Below are positions 26,461 to 39,855 of a stretch of DNA of 64,000 nucleotides, piece after piece. Each line of letters starts with the position of its first letter. The first letter of the stretch is position 1. Origin of the DNA: Octopus sinensis (lineage: Eukaryota); NCBI RefSeq assembly GCF_006345805.1, contig NC_042999.1:9362001-9426000 (forward strand), written 5' to 3'. Under the pieces are notes generated by a model. The model was not told the origin of the DNA. It ran no database searches and saw nothing but the letters and a program-made list of their open reading frames with translations. Made by a program: the position numbers and the translations under genes.

Positions 26461-27485
26461 ATGGAAATAAGAAATGAAAGAATATATAGATACAGTGAGA
26501 AAGAAACAAAGAAAGAAAGAGAGAAAGGTAAAGAAAGAGAGAAAGAAAGAAAGAAAGAAAGAGAGAAATTAATGTATGTATATCTGTTTGTGATTTGTCT
26601 GTTTTCAATTCTTCTCAATTTCTCCAGAAGAATGAGCGGGAGTATAATTATAAAAACAAGTCTCCATTAACAAGAACAGCAGCAAAACCTTCCTCGCCAA
26701 TCTCTAACAAAAGTCCTACATATTTTCACTGTCCAAGCACGAACCAAATTTTTTAAATATCTCTCAGATTTTACTTTTTCTTTGCCTAGAAACTCTATCC
26801 AACAGTTTCTTGTCGGAATTCTTACTGAACCATTTACAAATACTACAAGTGGATAAATGCTAATGTGCTTCAAAATTTACATTCAGGATCAAAGTAAGTA
26901 ACGGAGAAATATTTTCATTAATTCTGAATGAAATGTTTTTATCTGCTGATCTCAATAATATTTTCGTTTCCTATCAAAGCAATTCTTTTAGGCTGATGGT
27001 ATTTTTCTTTTTACTCTACCAATATTTCTTGCTTTAGTTTGAATGAAATTTTATATTGCTTTAGTTACAATGTCATGCCACAGAAAAATAATATACTGGT
27101 CAAATTACGTGTCGGTTGTTGATCACGATTATAAAGCCAATGACCGGTGTGGGACATAACCAAAGATTTCGGTCACATCTTGCAGTTTTAAGAGCTTAAA
27201 AGTGAAGATCTAACTACCATTTTTTCCTTCTTGATGTAACACGCTTTGGACGCTATGTGATATTTCTGACTGATAAAAACCTTGAATATACTTTGTAGTA
27301 TATCATTTTTGCATAACTAAATATCATGTCACTACAAGTTGTGATATATTTACAAACGCATGGTAAAGATTTATAGAACTCGTCGTGTAAAACAACATGG
27401 AGGATACTGGTATCAATTTTTTACTCATTGAATTCTCTCAACATCTTGGGATCATACGTTGAAGTTACTCATTTTCCCTCAAGAG

Positions 27486-27990
27486 TTTAACCCTCTCAGA
27501 CTTGGGCCCCTGAGACTAAGTTTACTCTTCACTTGGGCCCCTAAGCAAAAAACTAAATAGTTGCGTCTACAGTTCAATAGTAACGATTGCAGAAAAACTA
27601 TTGGACAGAATCACAAAACCGGCCCCTTCGTTTCGACCCGTACCGGAGCCCGTCCTTCTTCCGCAGCGGCCCGGTGTGCGGCAGTCGGATCGCAAACTGT
27701 TTTTGCTCCGCGAACGCTTCTTCTCGCGTTTCCCTGTCGGAGGCGCGCGTATATTTCAGAATAACAAGAACAGGTCTGTCTCTTAAATACTGTATTTGTT
27801 CACCCGAATCGCAACTTTCCTCATCTCTTTCGCCAGTTTGATTGTCCACATCATTCTCCTTGTCTGCGTGAGGGTAAACTCTTCATCTGAGGAATTACTA
27901 TCATTTATAATTTCCTCGACTGTAAAAAGTCAAGGCTTTGCTTGTTTACCAGACGAAGTGCTAGGTTCGTTACACGCTCGTTTCATTGCA
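27486..27990 (-). mobile_element. possible piggyBac-like relic
   Basis: TTAA-CCCT terminus at 27486; minus-strand broken ORF MKRACNEPSTSSGKQAKP*LFTVEEIINDSNSSDEEF/YPHADKENDVDNQ... (acidic N-terminus). Second TIR not found. Confidence 0.4.
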
Positions 27991-28729
27991 AAAGCAATTT
28001 GATTTTGGGTTTTTTTCTCGATTACAAACAAAAAATAAACATGTAGAGGGGTGGGGATTACCATTAACAATGAATCCCCAACACATTTGACTACAAAACT
28101 TCAATATGATCACTTGTCTAATTTGACTATTTCATCTTCTTGTTCTATGTGTGTTGTTCATTGCCGCCTCTACGGAGATCCAGCAGAGACCACATTTAGG
28201 CTAATCCCTTGATATCGGCACAACGGTGTGATAGAGTTAAACCATAGCACCACACTATTCTACTCACTCCTTTCCACAAGACGGAGCAATTGTGCTGTAA
28301 ACTTATTATTAACCTTACTTGTTATGCCAGTAAGTATCAAAATCTAATTTGCCGAGACACATAATTATTAATATCTTTCTAAATGTTGTTCTCATTACTT
28401 GATTGCCTTAAGTTACGTAATTTCATTATCACTTTATGCTGTTATCCTTTAGATGTTTGTTCATAACAATAGAAGCTCTATACAGACAGACATGTATTGT
28501 TTAATATCTTTTTATCACATTTAATCATTTAATCTCAAACGACGTAGATAACTTTTAAAGTAAGCCTGCTTCGTTGTCCTCTCTCTCACCGCCATCACCA
28601 GAAGTGGTTCGTTATCTAAACTGAGTTTCGGCAGTTTGCAAACATTCTCTCCAAAATACGGTCCCAAATAGTTTTAAAGTTTTATAAGCACAACAGTGGG
28701 CCATGTCAGTTGTATTTCATAATGAGTTG

Positions 28730-29020
28730 CGGTGCCGACGTTGGCGGCTTTGGTGGTGATGGCGGCGTTGGTGGCGGCAGCGACTGCGGTGATGGCAGTG
28801 GCCGTGTAGGAGGCCGTGTCGGTGGTGGCGGCGTTGTGGTAATTGTGGCAGAGGTGGAGCTGGTGGAGGTGACAGCGGGAGTAGTGGTGATGGCAATGTC
28901 GGTGGTGGGGAATATATTTGTGTTGTTGTTGGTAGTGGCAACAATATTGGCGGTGCTGTAAGGATGGTGGTGGTATAGGGGTCAGTGACGGTGGTGACGG
29001 CTGGGTGATGGCAATTCACT
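28730..29020. repeat. degenerate (GGT/GGC)n low-complexity tract
   Basis: Direct reading. Confidence 0.8.
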
Positions 29021-29314
29021 CTCGGATTGTTAACATTGTATTGTCCTCTTCCATGATTGATTTCAATCGGTTGGAACACCAACTGATAGAGATTATCGCT
29101 CTTGAAATAACTCTGACCATTTCTGGCCGTTATTTTCACAGACAATGAAAGACGTCTGTCGTCCATCTTGATTTCAGTTTGGATAGATTTCATCTTTAAA
29201 ATTCTCTATTCCATATGACCGATAGAAGGATTTTCACTGCTTATCTTACAGCACTGGTTCCCAACCCTTTTATTTAAATGAGTATTCCCACAGACCCCTT
29301 TTAATATGCTTATC

Positions 29315-29373
<59 letters not shown>

Positions 29374-29377
<4 letters not shown>

Positions 29378-29570
29378 ATCCAAACAATAAAGCACAAAAA
29401 AACACAACAACGCGAGGACCTGGAACAAATATAGTATTAATGGACGCTCAGGAAAGAAGGAGGGATCAACGTTTCGAGCGAAGCTCTTCGTCGGAAACAT
29501 AGGAGAAGGAAAGATCCAGTGAAGGGAAGACAGAGGAAAAGAAATCGCCAACGGTACACACGAGGTCATA
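29374..29570 (-). mobile_element. (TA)n-flanked short element with hammerhead-like motif at 29464-29498
   Basis: Homologous to 47358-47495; minus strand GTTT-CCGACGA-A-GAGC[TTC]GCTC-GAA-ACGT-T-GATC with stem I disrupted. Confidence 0.7.
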
Positions 29571-29625
29571 TATATATTTGAAAAGATCTGTAGAGGTAAC
29601 ACACGAGTAAGTAGATATTTATGAA

Positions 29626-30120
29626 AAACAAGAACGCAAGTGCTACTTTGTTAAAATTGGGTACATGTTTCGGTTTTTGAAAAACTTTATCAAAAATAAC
29701 TAAAGTGGAATATGTAAAGAGAAAAGAACTTATTAAGAAAATTAAATTAAAATTAGCATTCATAATTTACTTTCGTTTTTTCTGCAAGAACACGTGATAA
29801 TATCCTTTGGTTCTGGTAGCATGACAAGTTCAACTGACTGTTTACCATTATCAATTTACAAAAACAGATAGTAGTAATTTGCCGTCACAGTCAGTTGAAC
29901 TTATGCTACGAGAATCAAAGGATATTATCACGTGTTCTTGCAGAAAAAACGAAATTAAACTATGAATGGTAATCTTAATTTAATTTTCTAGATAGTTCTT
30001 TTCTCTTTACATATTCCATTTTAGTACATATTTTTGATAAGGTTTTTCAAAAACCGAAACATGTAAAAGGAAAATTAAAATGTACCCAATTTTAAGAAAG
30101 TAGCATTTTTGTTCTTGTTT
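29626..30120. repeat. long fold-back, ~215-235-bp arms, 45-bp spacer
   Basis: Arms 29626-29841 and 29887-30120 are reverse complements with scattered mismatches and one ~19-bp indel. Confidence 0.9.
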
Positions 30121-30134
30121 ATGATATATATATG

Positions 30135-30204
<70 letters not shown>

Positions 30205-30618
30205 ATAATTAATTTTGACTTTAGACTACCAAGGGTCCGCGGACCCCAGGTTGGGAACCATTGTCTTACAGTAATGGAATATATCATGATTTAAGATTAA
30301 AAGCCAGGAGACGTGGATAAGAATTTCTAAACCATTTTATAAAGCTTATCCGTTTCGTTGTGCTGTTGGTGTTGTAGCTATTGCTGAGGCCCAGAGCTGA
30401 ACGAATAATACTCCATGTGGTAAAAGATGTTTCCAGTACATTTTTTTATATAACAGAGGAGAAGGTTAGGAATAGAGCAAAGCTGGTTTCAGACTCACAA
30501 GTTTCACGTATTTCCACATCTGTTTATAAAGATTGCATAACGAAGAAAAATGGGGTTTTGTTGTATGTCTTCAATTCTAAACAAATGAATCAGTATACGC
30601 ATGTGCGTGCGTGCTGTA

Positions 30619-30657
<39 letters not shown>

Positions 30658-30779
30658 GAAACAGCATTGCACGGAACGATAGAAGTCCATTAATATCTAA
30701 AGAATAAATGAAGAATTACTGAAGAAAATTGCATCATCATTCGCATCATTATCACTGAATATTCTTTCAATGTTAATTA

Positions 30780-30945
30780 AAGCAACAACAACAATAATAA
30801 TCACATTATCATTATTATTATCATTGTTATTATTAATATTATTATGAATATTATTATTATTATCATTGTTATTATTAATATTATTATCAATATCATTATT
30901 ATTATCATAATCATTATTATTATTATTATTATTATCATCCTCATA
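30780..30945. repeat. degenerate (ATT/ATC)n tract
   Basis: Direct reading. Confidence 0.85.
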
Positions 30946-31814
30946 ATTACTAAAATAACAACGTTTTCTGCTTTTTTTCCCCCTCAATAACAAGAATACT
31001 AATGTCAATACTAACAATGTTGAACCTAATTTAAATGCGCCATGATATATTATCTTCGTCATGAAACCTTTTAGGTTTTACAGATAAAGAGCATTTATGA
31101 AAATATCAAATTAATAACGTCTGCAGTTATTGTAATCACATAATAAACCAAGATTATATTTCCTGCAAAAAAATGATAATCGATAGTTATGAGACGCTAT
31201 CATCAAAATTAGCTTTTTTTTTTTAAAAAAAACAAACTACTCTGACTCACGAAATATTGTCTTAATATACTTTTGTGTCGTTTTAGCGAATATTTTAAAA
31301 TCGTAGACACACGTCGGAGAAACGAACTCGCTAAGAAGTGATTCTTTGTTGGAGTAGTAGTTTCTCCTCGTTATACCGTTAATGCTCATTTGGACGACAC
31401 CGACCGATCCTTCCGCCCCAAAATGCCAACATTATAACGCTGGAGACTTGTGTCTAATGATAACAAATAAATGATGCTTTTGCTTGTTCGTTTTCGTATT
31501 GTTAAGCTAACATGAACATCATGAGCTGAGTTTCTTTGTGTTTTAATATTTGGATTGTCTGAATCGTTAGTGTCGGTCACATTTCCTGGCATTTGTTTCG
31601 ATTCTTTATGTTCTAGGTTCAAAATTCTCTTAAATCACCTTCGACTTTCATCCCGGAATCGATAAACTAACGTACCAATCATCTCCTCGGAATCGACAAA
31701 CTAAGCCGAGGTCGATACTCTCGGCTGTTCATGTATCCTAAATTTGAAACGTTAGGGGCATCATGTTAGTTGTTACTTCCTGTTATTCCATGTGGAACAG
31801 AGCACCATGTTAGA

Positions 31815-32235
31815 ACTTGATTTCAAGGTCCACAATTTCGGGGGAGGGGGTAAGTCGATTACATCGGCCCCAGTAGTCAACTGGTACTTACTTTATCGTT
31901 CCCGAAAGGATGGAAGGCAAAATCGAAGTCGACAGAATTTGAACTTAGAACGTAAAAACGGACGAAATGCAGCAAATCATTTTATCCGGATTGCTAAAGA
32001 TTCTGCCAGCCGTGCCGCCCTCCTTAGAACTTTGTAATTAGAGAGTAAAAAAGCAGCGAGCGGGCAGAATCGTTACCGCATCGCACAAAAGGGTTTCGAA
32101 GTTCAAATGCTGACGAGGCTGGCTTTACATATCATCCTTCCTGAGTCGATAGACACCAGTTGAGAATTTGGGTTGTTGCAATTGACTAGCCCCTACCCAC
32201 AAGAATTTCATGCCTTACCAACAGTAGAAAGATTA
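31815..32235. mobile_element. two divergently oriented degenerate SINE family A copies
   Basis: Minus copy ~31815-32025, plus copy ~32050-32235. Confidence 0.65.
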
Positions 32236-32284
32236 TTACGCGAGTAACAACACAGAACATAGTCAGCTCGAAGTGTATTCCTTT

Positions 32285-32920
32285 CTGCTCTAGGCCCGAA
32301 ACTTTGGAGGAGGGGGCCAGTCGATTAAATCGACTTCAGTATGCAACCGGTACTTAATTTATCGACCCCGAAAGGATGAACGGCAAAGTCGACCGCGGCG
32401 GAATTTGAACTCAGAACGTAAAGACGGACGAAATACCTATTTCTTTACTACCCACAAGGGGCTAAACACAGAAAGGACAAACAAGGACAGACAAACGGAT
32501 TAAGTCGATTTTATCGACCGCAGTCCGTAACTGGTACTTAATTTATCGACCCCGAAAGGATGAAAGGCAAAGTCGACCTCGGCGGAATTTGAACTCAGAA
32601 CGTAGAGACAGACGAAATACCGCTAAACCTTTCGCCCGGCGTGCTAACTTTTCTGCCAGCTCGCCGCCTTTGACAGACGAAATACCTATTTCTTTACTAC
32701 CCACAAGTGGCTAAACACAGAGAGGACAAACAAGGACAGACAAACGGATTAAGTCGATAACATCGACCCCAGTCCGTAACCGGTACTTAATTTATCGACC
32801 CCGAAAGGATGAAAGGCAAAGTCGACCTCGGCGGAATTTGAACTCGGAACGTAGCGGCAGACGAAATACGACTACGCATTTCGCCCGGCGTGCTACCGTT
32901 TACCCCAGCTCGCCGTCTTC
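32285..32920 (-). mobile_element. multimeric SINE family A (about three body units)
   Basis: Repeated gacgaaatacctatttctttactacccacaag junctions at ~32428 and ~32677. Confidence 0.85.
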
Positions 32921-33486
32921 ATCTCGAAGCATTTTAAAACTGCGTTGCATCGGAATTCCTTTCGGTTCACTTACATTGCTAATGCTTCTCGGAAAAGCTG
33001 TAAAATTATAATAAATTCTTTATAAAAAGTACATCAACAGCCATAAGTCTTTAAAGGCGATGCAAAATGATATAACACTGCAAATAAGCGTCATTAATTA
33101 AAACTAATTGCGTCAGGGAGTAACTTATTTCCGCTTCTTCGTTGCTGCTACAGCACTTACGCTACGAACCTTCTTGTAAAACATGAACAAGTCAGGCTGT
33201 CTCTTAAAATATAGGATTTCTTTGCTGTCAGAAAATGAAATAAACCATTCTTGTAATTTGCAGCGCGAAGCGAGAGAGAGAGAGAGAGAAGATCTTGGCC
33301 AACACTATTTTCATGTAGCAGTTTTAGTTTGGATGAGGTTAAATACATTTTATAAATAATTTAAGTGGGAAGATGGTTCTGATTTGTAGCAGAGGCACAT
33401 GATCACATCTTTCGGAAGAGTCTAGTATCGATTAGATATTGGTTATTTGGTTTTACGATACTCAAATGATGAAAGTAGAATGGCTG

Positions 33487-33632
33487 TGCTTAAGAAACGT
33501 GTGTTGCAGTCACGAGGTTTCTGGTTCAATCACACTGCGTAGCAATCTGCCTTGTACTACAGCCTCGGGCCAACTAATTCCTTGGGAGTCAATGTGAATC
33601 CAATTGATGGAAACTACATGGAAGCCCTTCGT
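33487..33632 (+). mobile_element. SINE family B head plus CORE-like segment (5' half of a split element)
   Basis: tggctgtgcttaag...ggttcaatcacactgcgtagcaatctg...gaagcccttcg then microsatellite. Confidence 0.7.
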
Positions 33633-33634
33633 AT

Positions 33635-33805
33635 ATATGTGTATGTATATATATATATATATAGACATACGCACATGCATATATGTGTATGTGTATATAT
33701 ATATATATATAGACATACGCACATGCATATATGTGTATGTGTATAATATATATATATAGACATACGCACATGCATATATGTGTATGTGTATATATATAAT
33801 ATGTG

Positions 33806-33846
<41 letters not shown>

Positions 33847-34178
33847 ATATCTATATATATATATATATATATATAGACATACGCACATGCATATATGTGT
33901 ATGTGTTATATATATATATGTGATATATTATATATATACATATATATATAGATAGAATATATATATGATAATATATATATATAGACATATATATATATAT
34001 ATATATAGTGTATATATATATTATATATATATTATAGATATAATTATATACATATATATATATATATATGTGTATATATATATATACATATAGATATATA
34101 TAAGTGTATATATATATATATACATTATATATATATATATATATATATACATTATATATAGATATATAAATATATAGA

Positions 34179-34218
<40 letters not shown>

Positions 34219-34243
34219 ATGTGTATATATATATATACATATA

Positions 34244-34290
<47 letters not shown>

Positions 34291-34330
34291 TATAATATAT
34301 ATACTATATATAATATATATAATACATATA

Positions 34331-34393
<63 letters not shown>

Positions 34394-34436
34394 TATATTA
34401 TACTATATATATATATAATATATATATATATATATA

Positions 34437-34487
<51 letters not shown>

Positions 34488-34490
34488 TTA
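33635..34490. repeat. ~850-bp (TA)-rich tract with four ~45-bp repeat units at its start
   Basis: Direct reading; unit agacatacgcacatgcatatatgtgtatgtgt. Confidence 0.95.
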
Positions 34491-34727
34491 CACCAAAACA
34501 CATTAAAACAGAAATGACCCTATAGGTTCAAGAAGTATTTGGACAATTCTTCAAGAAATCCGGGGATAAACCCCCTACACCTGGATATGTCTGTAAACAA
34601 TAACTCTCTACTTGAGTGGGCCATAGTGCCCAAATCTGACTTGAAAGATTCACCAGGTGGTGCTATTAAGTAGACATGGCCTGGGCCAATAATGGCCGAA
34701 ACCTATCAAAGTATCAAAGTATCAAAG
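34490..34727 (+). mobile_element. CR1-type LINE 3' end with (TATCAAAG)3 tail
   Basis: Homologous to 36690-36920; terminal stem-loop GGCCA-ATAA-TGGCC. Confidence 0.75.
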
Positions 34728-35535
<808 letters not shown>

Positions 35536-35549
35536 TATCAAGAATCACT

Positions 35550-36920
35550 TCTTGACTTCATGATGACTTCTCTGTCCCAACTGGTACTCGAACCAACGAG
35601 ATGTCACAAAAACGTCTTAGACTTAATTTTCAGCAATCACATGATATATCCACAATTGCAGTGGAGAAAACCCTACTCTCCGACCATGACATGGTCTCTG
35701 TGATCTGAGATTCACTGGCCAAAATGCAAAACAAATGTCATCCCTCCTGCTCATCCATTGACACTATGGATTTCACAATGCAAACTGGGAAGCGATCAAT
35801 AATGATCTTGCACAAGTCGATGGTCCTTCACGCACACATACACACCCACTAACATCAAAAAGTCCTGGCAGTCACTTGTAGACACCATCACGAACATATG
35901 TGCAAGACACACCCCATTAGATCTGCAAACAAATCTAAGTGTCGAATCCCTAGAAATAGAAAATCTCTCATAAGGAAAATTAAAAGAATCAAACAAAAGA
36001 TCAACAGCCTACTGGCTGTGTCCAATGGGCGGAAAAGAATAACATGTTGCTAAATGAAGACAAATTCGAACTGATCCACTTTGGAAGGGAGGACGCTCTG
36101 AACTCCCATACTCTCTTCCTTCTGGAGAAATTCTCATGGCATCCAACAACATCAGAGACCTGGGAGAACAGTGGACAACAAAATAAAGCGTGGGATACAC
36201 ATATAAGCAGCAAAAGTTGACATGGCCCGCAGAATGTGTTCCTGGATTCTCAGAACCTTCCAGTCGAGAGATTCCCACGCTATTATCCTTCTCTTCTCCA
36301 CTTTTGCCCGACCCCACCTTGAATACTGCTGTCCACTGTGGTCTCCCTACACAAAACAAAATATTATGAGATTGAAGCTCCCCAAAGGTCAATCACAAAA
36401 AAGATAGATGGCATGTCAGACTTGACTACGGGGGTAGACTAGAGAAGCTGAAATTGTATTCACTCCAACGACGCCGTGAACGCTACATATATGTATGATG
36501 TGGAAAATATTCATCAGCACTGTCCGAATGATGTTGGCATCACCTTCAAAATGCATCCAAGGCTTGGACCACGTGCCATCCGTCCACAAACAAAATCTAA
36601 ATCGCATCACATAACGACAATACGGCAACAACTATTTCACCTCAATTGGACCCGCTCTCTTCAACATTACACCAGGACACGTCAAAAAAGAAACTAGAAA
36701 ACACCACACAAAATTCAAGAAGTCTTTGGACAAAATTCCTTCCAAACAGTACCGGACAAACCACCACCACCCGGATATGTCTCCGGAAAACAATAACTCT
36801 CTATGCTCGAATGGGCCTTGGTGCCCAAATCCTGAACTGATAGACTTCGCCAGGTGGTGATTAAGTTAGACATGGCCTGAGCCAATACTGGCCAAAAACC
36901 TTCTAAGTTATTCTAAGTTA
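35550..36920 (+). mobile_element. CR1-clade LINE, 5'-truncated, RT domain internally deleted
   Basis: DFHNANWEAINNDLAQV (post-endonuclease), then MLLNEDKFELIHFG, IRDLG, ARRMCSWILRTFQSR...RPHLEYCCPLWSPY, LEKLKLYSLQRRRER; tail (TTCTAAGTTA)2. Confidence 0.85.
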
Positions 36921-36964
36921 TATATATACATATATATATATATATACATATATATATACCTATA

Positions 36965-37038
<74 letters not shown>

Positions 37039-37047
37039 ATATATATT

Positions 37048-37108
<61 letters not shown>

Positions 37109-37121
37109 TACATATATATAC

Positions 37122-37175
<54 letters not shown>

Positions 37176-37197
37176 CATACATATATATTATATATAC

Positions 37198-37243
<46 letters not shown>

Positions 37244-37380
37244 ATATAGATATACATATACATATATATATATATATATACATATAACATATATATATAT
37301 ACATATATATATATATATTACATATATATATACAAATATATATATATAAATATTATATATATATACACCACATACATACA
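36920..37380. repeat. (TA)n tract
   Basis: Direct reading. Confidence 0.95.
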
Positions 37381-37399
37381 CACATGCATGGTGTATGTG

Positions 37400-37622
37400 T
37401 CATTGCGTATTGGTTATCCATACCATCATTTGGCAATTAGCGTTCCTTTGTTTAATCCACCTCACCTGGCGGTTCGGCAACTGACAACGATAGAATAAGT
37501 ACCAGCCTTTAAAAACGTAAGCAAACATAAGTGCTGTGGTCGATCTGTTCGAGTACCCCTTGCAGGTGGAGCCCCAGCACGGGCGCACTCCAATGACTGA
37601 AAGAAGTAAAAGATAAACGATA
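37400..37622 (+). mobile_element. SINE family B 3' half (probable partner of 33487-33632)
   Basis: gcggttcggcaa...cgatagaataagtacc...ggtggagccccagcac...atgactgaaagaagtaaaagata. Confidence 0.7.
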
Positions 37623-38175
37623 AAGTGAGAATGCAACCAAGAACATTTCGCCATTAAATAAGAAAAAAAATCCACCATGTTAAACAATCCTAAAGAGCAA
37701 TTCCTCTCCCTGCCCTAATTATGAGAGATTTAAGATTTATCATTTTCTGCAGCCAAATGACGAGACATCATTCTCATTTTCCTTTTGTTTCTCTTTTTTT
37801 TTTTTTATCTATTCAGCATTTTATACGGCACGTGATTTATTATCTCAGTTCAAAATTAGCCACATAAACTTACACACTTACTCTTTTAATATCATTATTG
37901 CTTTATATATTTATTTACTACTTTTAGTCAAAGTTATCACTTTAGGCAAACACGAGAAACATATCTCTCGCTACTACAATTTTCTCTTCCGTATAAAACA
38001 AGTTTCATTGATTTTTTCCCCCATCCCTTAAAGATAGCATGATGAGAAAAAAAACAAAACAAACTTTAATCCGTTTGCTAATGTCAACCTGTGAATCCCA
38101 AGTACAGCAGCTCTTGATGTTAGCAATAAAGATAAAACTGAACTAGCATTGTTAGATCGATATTTTGATCAATAT

Positions 38176-38770
38176 AAAGGCGGCGAGCTGGCAGAAACGT
38201 TAACACGTCGGGCGAAATGCTTAGCGGTATTTCGTCTGCTGTTACGTTCTGAGTTCAAATTCCGCCGAGGTCGACTTTGCTTTTCATCCTTTCGGGGTCG
38301 ATAAATTGAGTACCAGTTGTATTCTGGGGTCGATCTAATTGACTGGCCCCCTCCCCCAAAATTTCGAGCCTTGTGCCTACAGTAGAAAAGAATATTTTGA
38401 TTAATATAAGGCAGCGAGCTGGCAGAGTCGTTAGCACACCGGGCGAAACGCTTAGCGGTATTTCGTCTGCCGCTACCTTCTGAGTTCAAATTCCGCCTTT
38501 CATCCTTTCGGGGTCGATTAAATAAGTACCAGTTACGCACTGGGGTCGATGTAATCGACTTAATCCGTTTGTCTGTCCTTGTTTGTTCCTTCTGTGTTTA
38601 GCCCCTTGTGGGTAGTAAAGAAATAGGTATTTCGCCTGCCGTTACGTTCTGAGCTCAAATTCCGCCGAGGTCGACTTTGCCTTTCATCCTTTCGGGGTCG
38701 ATAAATTAAGTACCAGCTGGCCCAATCCCCAGAAATTTCAGGCCTTGTGCCTAGAGTAAAGAAGAATATT
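38176..38770 (+). mobile_element. cluster of SINE family A copies (B monomer, then A+B dimer with a 15-bp body deletion)
   Basis: Heads at 38176 and 38408; junction aaataggtatttcgcctgcc at ~38622. Confidence 0.85.
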
Positions 38771-38937
38771 TCAATCGCTCTTTTGAGACACGTCATGCTT
38801 TTCGATTAAAGATAAAGAGGAGACTCTCACACAAACACAAACATTTGTAATCAACAAGCACGTGAATGAACGAAGAGGGAAACGCAGCAAATGGCGAAAT
38901 AATATCTGAAAGAAATGCATTCGTATGGGGTGGGGTG

Positions 38938-39535
38938 GGGGCGCATGAGACTGGTGTTCAAGGTTTGCATCATCATCATCATTGTTCGACCGTGGTCGAG
39001 ACAATGGAATTTACCATGCTACGCCAGACATCACGGTCCATCATGGCATTACGGAGGTCCTGTTGCTGGATGCCTGTATCCCTGGAGATTACATCAGGGT
39101 AGGAGAGTGTGCACCCTCTGGTATTGCGAGTAGATGGCTTCCAGAGGAGAAGAGTAGAAATTACCTCTTTTTCAGCTCTACAACAATGTCCAGCAAACTG
39201 GACTCTCCTACCTTTCACAAGAGATGACACAGGTGGTAGTTTCCCATATATTTGCCTTTTGGTTGGATGGCGCTTCCACGAGAGATTTTGAGCTCTCATA
39301 AGGAGGCGAGTGTAGGTTCCATCAAGGTTTGCATTCACGATTGGGAGATCTTGGTTCCAACTCCTGGACTGGGTTGTGCATTGTGTTCTTGGGGGAAAAC
39401 ACTTCGTCTCGCGTTGCTCTGCGATTAATTCGACACCTGACGCGTGGTAGACTGTGCACCTGTTCAGGTAACATCGATTTGATGGACGGAGGTGAGTATG
39501 TGCATTTGATCACTATAAACGAATCATTTGTGCAA
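38938..39535 (+). mobile_element. tRNA-derived SINE interrupted by an RTE LINE
   Basis: Removing the LINE restores gcgcatgagactggtgttcaaggtttgcattcacgattgggagatcttggttccaactcc (A and B boxes) followed by CORE-like tgtgttcttgggggaaaacactt. Confidence 0.6.
38971..39321 (-). mobile_element. 5'-truncated RTE-clade LINE with (TGA)n tail and 13-bp TSD
   Basis: ORF LDGTYTRLLMRAQNLSWKRHPT...VQFAGHCCRAEKE...MMDRDVWRSMV; TCAAGGTTTGCAT at 38958-38970 and 39322-39334. Confidence 0.85.
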
Positions 39536-39559
39536 GTCATTTAACAAAAACTGATCGCA

Positions 39560-39855
39560 CTTAATATATGTCTTTTACCGGTATCAGTCATTAGACTGCG
39601 GCTATGCTGGGGTACCACTTGAAGAAATTTTAGCCAAATAAATCGACCTTAGTATTTTTTTTTTTTTTAGCTTGGTACTTATTCTATCAGTCTCATTTGC
39701 CGAACTACGAAGTTACGAGGATGTAAACAAACACAAGTGTCTGGTTGGCCAGAGGCTATGGTAGAAGACACTTGCGCAAGGTGCCACGCAGTGGAACCGA
39801 ACTCGGAATTATGTGGTTGACAAGCAAGCTGCTTACCACACAGCTACACCTGCGC
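39560..39855 (-). mobile_element. SINE family B with internal deletion
   Basis: Tail and head motifs present, central part missing. Confidence 0.75.

Larger units (their letters stand above)
29252..30263. mobile_element. hAT-type MITE expanded by nested insertions
   Basis: TIRs CACTGGTTCCCAACC / reverse complement CAATGGTTCCCAACC; perfect 8-bp TSD TCTTACAG at 29244-29251 and 30264-30271. Confidence 0.88.

Noticed and set aside
28710-29193. Gly/Val-rich and Pro/Thr-rich ORFs
   Set aside because: Degenerate trinucleotide repeat
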